The notes under the pieces: model-generated | The model's database searches: none | What the model was told of the DNA's origin: nothing | Seen by the model: the letters and a program-made list of their open reading frames with translations, nothing else | Shown here: in pieces, positions 1 to 6,429 of the stretch | Layout of the letters: every line of letters starts with the position of its first letter | How positions within the stretch are numbered: position 1 is the stretch's first letter | Assembly: GCA_016839445.1 (NCBI GenBank) | Contig: JAEOUG010000104.1 | Location: 1-22,670, forward strand | DNA length: 22,670 bases | Source of the DNA: Candidatus Thorarchaeota archaeon | Lineage (GTDB): Archaea; Asgardarchaeota; Thorarchaeia; Thorarchaeales; Thorarchaeaceae | Direction: 5' to 3' | Made by a program: the position numbers and the translations under genes

Positions 1-803
1 AGGACCGCAGTGCTCTCAGGGTCGACAATCCCAACAAGCTTCTCTGCGAGCCGCTCTGCCATTGGCCGATTCGAACACATGACCATAGTCTGTCCACGAC
101 GTGCATGGACAAACTCAGTGAGGTCTGCTAGTGAATCATCTTGGTCTTCGAATGCCTTCACTCCGAAGACTCGGTTGATATCCTGCTTCTTGTCATGAAC
201 CTCTCTTGCTGATAGCCACTTGCTGAGGTCTTGAACATTGGCGAGTGGGGGACAGATTCCGATATACTGGAGGTCAGTCTTGCCAATCAAGGACACCAGA
301 CTAGTCTCCAGGCGGGCACCTATGTCAGGTTGTCCAATGAGATCCAGTCTGTCTATGAGGACGCACTTCACATCCGCCCTGATCTCTGGGTTCAGTCGTG
401 AAGCCAAGTCAAAGGCGGTGTAAGTGGCTACTACCACTCTTCCCAACGGCTGACTAGCATGAAGTGCCATTCTCCTCTTGCTTATCTCTGTCACTGGAAT
501 ATTGAGCCTGCTGCACTTGGCCCCAATGGACTTGAGTCTCCGTTCGACTTGGTATGGGTTCGGGCACAGCACCACGGCCCTGGCCTTGAAGTCCTTGGCC
601 ACTCGGTTGATGACCGCTATCTCAGCAATCTCGTAAGCCTCATCTGAATCATACGTCACAAGTATCTGGCTTGTGCCCCTAGTGAGCCCGGTCTTTACCG
701 CATCCATCTGGAACTTCGACAGGCGGTCTATCCCCTGTCTTCTCAGGACCTCCAGTAGCGGTGGCGCCACTTGATAGAACTCCAAGTCATCAAGCGTACT
801 CAA
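1..803 (-). CDS. Hel308/Ski2-like SF2 helicase homologue with degenerate catalytic motifs (N-terminal part; runs off window start)
   Basis: Manual translation from TTG at 803 (in-frame TGA upstream at 824-822, GGAGTGGG SD-like sequence) is open to the window edge: MSTLDDLEFYQVAPPLLEVLRRQGIDRLSKFQMDAVKTGLTRGTSQILVTYDSDEAYEIAEIAV...AVVLCP...VVVATYTAFD...CVLIDRLDLIGQPDIGARLE...QYIGICPPLANVQDLSKWLSA...GQTMVMCSNRPMAERLAEKL. This is colinear with the Hel308 Q-motif and motif I, Ia, Ib, II, III and IV scaffold. Confidence 0.8.
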   Translation of the reverse strand, partial: MSTLDDLEFYQVAPPLLEVLRRQGIDRLSKFQMDAVKTGLTRGTSQILVTYDSDEAYEIAEIAVINRVAKDFKARAVVLCPNPYQVERRLKSIGAKCSRLNIPVTEISKRRMALHASQPLGRVVVATYTAFDLASRLNPEIRADVKCVLIDRLDLIGQPDIGARLETSLVSLIGKTDLQYIGICPPLANVQDLSKWLSAREVHDKKQDINRVFGVKAFEDQDDSLADLTEFVHARRGQTMVMCSNRPMAERLAEKLVGIVDPESTAV

Positions 804-849
804 AGGGTCCCACTCCGTCTTTCAGATGCGCATGTGGTACTATGAGGAA

Positions 850-875
850 ATAGTATAATATCCTATTAGTTTTGT
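850..875. promoter_or_regulatory. AT-rich TATA-like element in divergent intergenic region
   Basis: ATAGTATAATATCCTATTAGTTTT; reads TATTATA on the minus strand, about 50 nt upstream of the helicase-like start, in the AT-rich part of the spacer. Confidence 0.4.
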
Positions 876-1044
876 GTGTGCTTGGGCATATTTCCGCCCG
901 TGCTTTCCAAAAAACGATAGGGCAAGACTGCTCTACCCTATGATATGCTGGCACATACAAAGCCTCAAAAGCGCAGTGCCTCCTGTTGGAAATACTGACG
1001 AAGTGAGAGTCATAGTGACCTCTCAGATTGAGGCATGAAGCATC

Positions 1045-1785
1045 ATGGCTTTCGTTGCAACGACCGATTCGAAGTTCCAGATAGTATTGAAGAAGGGCTT
1101 CAAGATTAAGCCGGGTTCCACGTTCATATGTGGGTTCCATGGCTTGGGCGAGGTTGGATTCCTGAGCACAGCTCACCTAACGCGCACCCTTAACGCAGAG
1201 CGTGTTGGCTTCATCAAGAGCGATATGCTACCGCTATTCGTATCAATGGAGAACGAGAAGCTCGTCTTGCCGTTTGAGATATTCTCCTATGAAGAGAAGA
1301 GCATGGTCTTCCTGGTTCCCAGATTCCAGCCACATCAATCAGAGCAGTGGAGCTTCATAGATCGACTTGCGAACTGGATTGCACAGAATGGCTTCAAGGA
1401 GACTCTGCTTCTGGGAGGTCTGGATGCCAGCTTCAAGGAAGACGAAGAGAAGATGCGTGCAGTTCCTACTTCTGCCTACGGTGACGATATGGAGAAGTGG
1501 TCTGTGCCCCTACTCGAAGAGGGTCTCTTTGTAGCAGGGCCTCTGGCTCTCCTCCTTGCCGAGCTCGAGATGCTCTCCCAACCTGCCGTTGGGCTTCTTA
1601 CCTATGCCACACGTGGCAGACCAGATCCTCGTTCCGCCGCAGACATGCTGGAGAAGATCAACGAGGTCTATGGTGTGGAGGCAAACGTAGAGCAGCTGTT
1701 AGAGGAGTCACGAGAGATAGAGCGGCTCGAGAAGATGAGGAAGTCAATCGAGTCATCGGATAGTCCCAGTGACATGTTCGTCTAA
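1045..1785 (+). CDS. PAC2-family proteasome assembly chaperone (PbaA/PbaB-like)
   Basis: GFHGLGEVGFLST (G.PG.G.VG-like), LLGG, VAGPLALLL, PDPRSAA, and a C-terminal helix ending DMFV; 246 aa is typical for the family. Confidence 0.9.
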   Translation: MAFVATTDSKFQIVLKKGFKIKPGSTFICGFHGLGEVGFLSTAHLTRTLNAERVGFIKSDMLPLFVSMENEKLVLPFEIFSYEEKSMVFLVPRFQPHQSEQWSFIDRLANWIAQNGFKETLLLGGLDASFKEDEEKMRAVPTSAYGDDMEKWSVPLLEEGLFVAGPLALLLAELEMLSQPAVGLLTYATRGRPDPRSAADMLEKINEVYGVEANVEQLLEESREIERLEKMRKSIESSDSPSDMFV

Positions 1786-2336
1786 CCTAGCCGGCGGATG
1801 TACCAGCCAATATCCGTCAGGTTCTTCGCCACGAGCTTCTCTGGGGCAAGTCTGCCAATCTTTGCTGCATCTATGCTGAGAGCGGCTAGGCCCAGGCAGT
1901 AGCCGTCTTTCCCCTGTACAAGGACTCTTTCCCCACGCTCGAGGCTTGGCTCAATATCAACGACACCCTCTTTGAGAATGCTTCTTCCATACGTGAAGGC
2001 CTCTCCTGCTTTGACTGTGACCTTCAGCAGGTTCTGAGTCATCCCTAAGATCTCCGGGAGAACATGAAGACCCAGACGTAGGTGCCCTCTGAGGAAGGTT
2101 CCAACTTCCTTGCCAAGGAATCTAGGACTGAAGGATGTCTTTCTTGGCTCGCCGTTGAGGAAGAGAGTCTCTATCCATTCGGGCGGAACAAGGTACAGCC
2201 GCTTCGTTTCTCCTTCGACCATGTACAGTGGCTGTTTGCTTCCCAAGACTGCCTTTGAGATTCCCTCCCCGAATTCACGGTCGATCTCCTCTGCGAGAGT
2301 TTGCCACTCGACCGGTTCAACAAGCTTAGGAATCAT
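1782..2336 (-). CDS. NIP7-like PUA-domain ribosome biogenesis protein
   Basis: GEAFTYGRSILKEGV, GERVLV, CLGLA and NLTDIGWYIRR C-terminus match archaeal NIP7; directly downstream of a Nop2/NSUN gene. Confidence 0.85.
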   Translation of the reverse strand: MIPKLVEPVEWQTLAEEIDREFGEGISKAVLGSKQPLYMVEGETKRLYLVPPEWIETLFLNGEPRKTSFSPRFLGKEVGTFLRGHLRLGLHVLPEILGMTQNLLKVTVKAGEAFTYGRSILKEGVVDIEPSLERGERVLVQGKDGYCLGLAALSIDAAKIGRLAPEKLVAKNLTDIGWYIRRLG

Positions 2337-3316
2337 GCACGATCCTCCTTCACTAATCTGCAGATGAAGAAGCCCTCTGTCCCGTGAAGATGAGGTAAGA
2401 AGCGCCTGGCTAGAGAGAGGGACTCATGCATACTGACACCGTAGGGTGAGGAGTACCCTGGCGTGCCAAACTCCAAGCTTATCGGGGCAACCCGGAGCCC
2501 GGGATGTCTCGTCAGCATGTCGTCAACGACATACTCGTTCTCTTCTGGTGCGATGGTGCAGGTTGAGTAGACCATTTCACCGCCTGGTCTGAGTGCTCGA
2601 ACAGCGGCATCAAGAAGCTCATTCTCAACTGTAGCACAGAATCTAATGTCTGCCATGGTCTTGCTTGTCTTCCTCGTGGGGTCGAGAGGAATCAGTCCCT
2701 CCCCGGAGCACGGGGCATCCAATAGGATCTTGTCTATCTGGAAGTCGAGCTCTTCAAGCTTCTTCGCATCGCCACGGAAGACGATTGCGTTCTCAACTCC
2801 GCAACGCATGATGTTGCTTGTGAGGCTCCCCATTCGAAGCCTGTCTTGCTCTAGAGCTATCAAGGTGCCCTGATTCTGCATCAACTGAGAGAGATGTGTT
2901 GTCTTTCCTCCCGGTGCTGCGGCCATATCCACGACAACATCACCTGGTTCGGGATTCAACACAGCGACAGCAGTCATGGATGGCACACCCTGCACGTAGT
3001 AGAACCCGAGCATGTGTTCGAGAAGAGCTCCAGGTGAGTAACCATGGAAGTCAGCATAGAATCCATCTTCAAGCCACGGTATCTTCTCCAGGTCAACGCC
3101 CTTGCTGGAGATCTTCTTCACTGTTCCTTCCGTCGGGTGCTTGAGTGTGTTCATCCTGATTGCGGTCCTGAGGGGTTGATCACACGCCTCAATGAAGCGT
3201 AGTGTTTCCTCCTCTCCCCAGAGAGAGAGATACCTCTCTATCATGTATTGGAGGTACCCGTGCTCCTTCGCGATGACCTTCGCCTTCTCTCGCAGTATCT
3301 TGGACACTTTCTTCAC
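2333..3316 (-). CDS. RsmB/NOP2/NSUN-family RNA (cytosine-C5)-methyltransferase
   Basis: IRMNTLK, YYVQ, SAM-binding DMAAAPGGKT, motif IV DAPCSGEG, motif VI YSTCT, EENE, GFFIC; both catalytic Cys residues present. Confidence 0.95.
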   Translation of the reverse strand: MKKVSKILREKAKVIAKEHGYLQYMIERYLSLWGEEETLRFIEACDQPLRTAIRMNTLKHPTEGTVKKISSKGVDLEKIPWLEDGFYADFHGYSPGALLEHMLGFYYVQGVPSMTAVAVLNPEPGDVVVDMAAAPGGKTTHLSQLMQNQGTLIALEQDRLRMGSLTSNIMRCGVENAIVFRGDAKKLEELDFQIDKILLDAPCSGEGLIPLDPTRKTSKTMADIRFCATVENELLDAAVRALRPGGEMVYSTCTIAPEENEYVVDDMLTRHPGLRVAPISLEFGTPGYSSPYGVSMHESLSLARRFLPHLHGTEGFFICRLVKEDRA

Positions 3317-3768
3317 TCACCAATGTCCTCATTCCAGAGATCTGGGTTCGCCTGGATGAATCCGTCCATCATGTCCTTGCAGTCATCATCATCGAGGATG
3401 ACCAGTTCAACACCTCTCGTTCTCAGGTACTCTTCAGGTCCTTGGAAGGTCTTGTTCTCTCCAACGACAACTCTGGGGATTCCGTAGAGGAGGATGGCTC
3501 CACTACACATGTCGCAGGGGGAGAGTGTGCTGTAGATCGTGGAACGTCTGTAATCTCTGGCAGTCATTCTCCCTGCATTCTCTAGGCAGTCCATCTCTGC
3601 ATGCAGGACGGCGCTGCCTTTCTGTACCCTACGATTGTGGCCTCTGCCCACAATCTGCCCGTCTATGACAAGTACTGAGCCTATCGGAATGCCTCCCTCT
3701 TCTAGGCCGATCCTGGCCTCTTCGATGGCTGCTCTCATGTTCGCATGGTGGTCTTCCATCTTCATCAC
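3313..3768 (-). CDS. Zn-dependent cytosine/nucleoside deaminase (yeast Fcy1-like)
   Basis: EGGIPIGSVLV, GHNRRVQ, HAE, TLSPCDMC, GEN..F and C-terminal WNEDIGE, the pattern of Fcy1-type cytosine deaminases. Confidence 0.92.
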   Translation of the reverse strand: MMKMEDHHANMRAAIEEARIGLEEGGIPIGSVLVIDGQIVGRGHNRRVQKGSAVLHAEMDCLENAGRMTARDYRRSTIYSTLSPCDMCSGAILLYGIPRVVVGENKTFQGPEEYLRTRGVELVILDDDDCKDMMDGFIQANPDLWNEDIGE

Positions 3769-3769
3769 T

Positions 3770-5032
3770 TCACGCTCCGTATGCTTCTAGTCCTGCCCTC
3801 AGTTCTTTTGTATCAGGATAGATGACAGGCACCTGCGGAGTCAGTCTGTCCGGAGTCGAGAGGTCCTTGAAGCCTGATCCAGTGACTGGCACCAAGACGT
3901 GATCCCCTCTGTCGATGACTCCGTCTTCCACAAGTGTCTTCAGCCCCGCAAGAGCTGCTACGCCACTAGGTTCGGCAAATACCCCCTCTAGTCTCCCGAG
4001 GTCGACCAAGGCCTTCTCGATGTCATCATCGGGGACTGAGACTGCCTCTCCGTTTGCTAGACTGAGGAATCTGAGTGCCGCATCTCCATCCCACGGGAAG
4101 GGGTCTGCTAGACCACCTGCCACTGTTGTGTTTGAATCCCATGGTTTGATGTCCCGCGGATTCTGGCCCTCTTTGAAGGCGCGCACAATGGGAGGGCAGC
4201 CTTCAGGTTGCACCACTACTGGGCGAGGTATCTCGTCAATCAGCCCCATCTCCCGGAGCTCCCACAGTCCTTTCATAGTCCCTGCCATGAGCCCACCGCT
4301 TCCTGTAGGAAAGAGAATCCAGTCCGGAGGGTCCCAGTTGCACTGCTCCGCAATCTCATAGCCCATCGACTTGGTGCCCTCGAACTGAAAGCAATTGAAC
4401 GGCCCGAACGATGGGGTGGGAGTCCACCCAAACTCGTCACATGCTGCCTTGAGGAGCGTTGTCGTAGGGTCCACTCCCTCAGTGACTTTCTTCACGCGAA
4501 AGACCTTTGCACCAAGAGCCCTGAGGTGTATCAGCTTTCCCGCTGGAGCAGATTCGGGGACAAACACAACCGCCTGCAAGCCTGCCCGAGCCGCATATGT
4601 GGACATCGCCGCCGCTGCATTGCCCGATGATGCCGCAGAGACTGTCTTGACCCCGTCTTCATAGGCTCTGCTGACGCCGACACAGATTGGTCTGTCCTTG
4701 AAGGAGCCTGATGGATTGACAGTTTCGTTCTTGAGCACGAGATGAGTGAGATTCCATGCCTCTGCAAGGCGACTACTCCTTATGATTGGAGTATTTCCTT
4801 CTCCCAGAGTGACGATGTGCTCTCTGCTTTGGAGTGGCATGAACTCGAAGTACTTCCATAGTCCCCCACCTCTCCTCTCTAGTGCATCTCTTGTGATGTG
4901 CTCCTTCAGCATCTCCAGGTCTAACTCGAAGTCGATTCGGCCTCCACAGCCATCATTGGCCGGAACATCGCCTTCTGTGTAGACCTTCCCGCACTTCGCA
5001 CATTTGATCTGAGTGTACTTCGACATGGCCAC
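3770..5032 (-). CDS. thrC: Threonine synthase (PLP fold-type II)
   Basis: TLGEGNTP, NPSGSFKDR (PLP lysine), SSGNAA, EGTKS, PTGSGG, FAEPSG, TGSGFKD, N-terminal CxxC. Start is GTG 5032 or ATG 5026. Confidence 0.9.
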   Translation of the reverse strand: MAMSKYTQIKCAKCGKVYTEGDVPANDGCGGRIDFELDLEMLKEHITRDALERRGGGLWKYFEFMPLQSREHIVTLGEGNTPIIRSSRLAEAWNLTHLVLKNETVNPSGSFKDRPICVGVSRAYEDGVKTVSAASSGNAAAAMSTYAARAGLQAVVFVPESAPAGKLIHLRALGAKVFRVKKVTEGVDPTTTLLKAACDEFGWTPTPSFGPFNCFQFEGTKSMGYEIAEQCNWDPPDWILFPTGSGGLMAGTMKGLWELREMGLIDEIPRPVVVQPEGCPPIVRAFKEGQNPRDIKPWDSNTTVAGGLADPFPWDGDAALRFLSLANGEAVSVPDDDIEKALVDLGRLEGVFAEPSGVAALAGLKTLVEDGVIDRGDHVLVPVTGSGFKDLSTPDRLTPQVPVIYPDTKELRAGLEAYGA

Positions 5033-5100
5033 ACCAGCCAGTAGATGAGAAGGGGTAGCTGTTATTTGGGTTATGGCTCATCAAGAGAACCAGTTCTAGT

Positions 5101-5688
5101 GTGGTGAGAACATTGTCGGAGACCTTTGAAGTAGAACTCAAGCTTCGCGCGTCAGATCTTGTGTTGGCCGAGGCGACATTGCTCAAGATGGGTGCAGAGT
5201 CACTCAACTCTGAAGTTCAGTCGGATGTCTACTTCAACCATCCGTGCAGGTCCTTCGAGGAAACTGATGAGGCCGTTAGGATTCGGTCGCGGATCATAGA
5301 AAGCGATCATGTGGCTGCTTCAGCTCATCCTCTGGTGGAACTAACATACAAGGGCCCCAAGGTCGACTCAAAGACGAAGACGAGAGTGGAGTACTCTGTG
5401 GGCGTCGACGACCCAGTGAAGATGACCGAAATTCTGTTGAGCATCGGATTCAGGGAGGTCGCCACCGTCGTGAAGCGTCGGAGATTCCTGCGCATCGATG
5501 AAACAACGATAAGCATGGATGATGTGAAGGGAGTCGGCTCTTTCATCGAGTTCGAAGTGATAGCCACTGGCAAAGACGAAATGGTCAGAGCACGAGAGGA
5601 ACTGCTCTCCCTTGTCAGAGAACTCGGCTTCTCCCCAGAGGACTCTGTCAGGGAGTCCTATCTCGAGTTGTACCTCAGTGGAAAATAG
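5101..5688 (+). CDS. cyaB: CYTH-domain protein / class IV adenylate cyclase-like
   Basis: EVELK (ExExK), Q.DVYF.HP, DEAVRIR, LTYKGPK, KTRVE, VVKRRR, DDVKGVGSFIEFE, SYLEL. Start may be TTG near 5113. Confidence 0.92.
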   Translation: MVRTLSETFEVELKLRASDLVLAEATLLKMGAESLNSEVQSDVYFNHPCRSFEETDEAVRIRSRIIESDHVAASAHPLVELTYKGPKVDSKTKTRVEYSVGVDDPVKMTEILLSIGFREVATVVKRRRFLRIDETTISMDDVKGVGSFIEFEVIATGKDEMVRAREELLSLVRELGFSPEDSVRESYLELYLSGK

Positions 5689-6277
5689 TGCTGTCCGGCC
5701 TTAGTTCCTGTCGCAGTCTTTCGACAAATGACTCTAGGAATTCATGACGTTCTGCCGCTAACCTCTTTGCTGGCTCAGTATACATCAAATCTCTGAGTTT
5801 CAGAAGCTTCTCGTCCGCATGTTCTAGGAATTCTTGGAGTCCTTGGCCCTCATGTGTAGTGTAGGCTATGCTTCTGTACACGCCGACAGCCCCGATTGCA
5901 TCGAGATTGTCTGCATCGCTCAGGATCTTCCCCTCAATGGATGTGGGCTCCAATCCTTCGCTGAATCTATGGGTTCGAATCACATCTACTACGTGCTGAA
6001 TCTCATCCTGTGAATACTCCTGTTGGGCAAGAACGTCGCGACTCATCTCCCCAGACAGAATCGCATGAGAGATGCCAGTCTCGGCCTCCCTTGATCTCCC
6101 GATATCGTGAAGAATTGCGGCCGCTCGAAGGACTCGGAGGTTCGCTCCTAGTTCGGTTCCTAGCTCCACGCAGATTGCCAGTACCCTCTTGGTGTGGTCA
6201 AGTGCATGGGCTCCTCTCATGAGGTCATCTACTGAGGCCTGCACTAGCTGGAACAGACGCTCCTCTATCGAGTCCAT
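5675..6277 (-). CDS. HD-domain metal-dependent phosphohydrolase (YedJ-like)
   Basis: HALDHTKRV, AAILHDIGR, HA, THRFS, E.KILSDADNLDAIGAVG, KLLKL, TEPAKRLA.ERH. Confidence 0.92.
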   Translation of the reverse strand: MDSIEERLFQLVQASVDDLMRGAHALDHTKRVLAICVELGTELGANLRVLRAAAILHDIGRSREAETGISHAILSGEMSRDVLAQQEYSQDEIQHVVDVIRTHRFSEGLEPTSIEGKILSDADNLDAIGAVGVYRSIAYTTHEGQGLQEFLEHADEKLLKLRDLMYTEPAKRLAAERHEFLESFVERLRQELRPDSTIFH

Positions 6278-6298
6278 AGCCTCGTCTGGTTTGATGCA

Positions 6299-6313
6299 GC
6301 TTAATACCTCTTT
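6299..6313 (-). promoter_or_regulatory. Putative BRE/TATA promoter for the HD gene (likely leaderless transcript)
   Basis: Minus strand AAAGAGG-TATTAAG ends about 23 nt before the ATG at 6277. Confidence 0.5.
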
Positions 6314-6346
6314 GGTGTCCTTTCGATATTTAGTCGCTCTCCATCC

Positions 6347-6362
6347 AAGAAACCCTTTAATT
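6347..6362 (+). promoter_or_regulatory. Putative BRE/TATA promoter of the MoxR operon
   Basis: AAGAAACCC-TTTAATT, a purine-rich BRE followed by a TTTA[AT] box, about 70 nt upstream of the giant ORF. Confidence 0.55.
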
Positions 6363-6429
6363 CAAAGAAAAGGTGGTCTGAGGGTGGAACCGCACTCCAA
6401 GCTAGGTCACTGCCACTGCCGAACACGAC

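Noticed and set aside
10-647. Short plus-strand ORFs (10-198, 238-423, 459-647)
   Set aside because: Antisense shadows of the minus-strand helicase-like gene.
995-1040. CTGACGA followed by a hairpin, resembling a hammerhead ribozyme core or C/D box
   Set aside because: No GAAA directly after the stem, no stems I/III, and no convincing RUGAUGA box C.
790-1176. 128-aa minus-strand ORF from the track
   Set aside because: Overlaps the PAC2 gene antisense and spans the promoter region; Cys/His-rich composition with no recognisable family; out of frame with the helicase-like gene.
4940-5010. ThrC N-terminal zinc ribbon with only three Cys (CAKC...GCGG)
   Set aside because: Partial erosion of this accessory ribbon is unremarkable and the catalytic motifs are intact.
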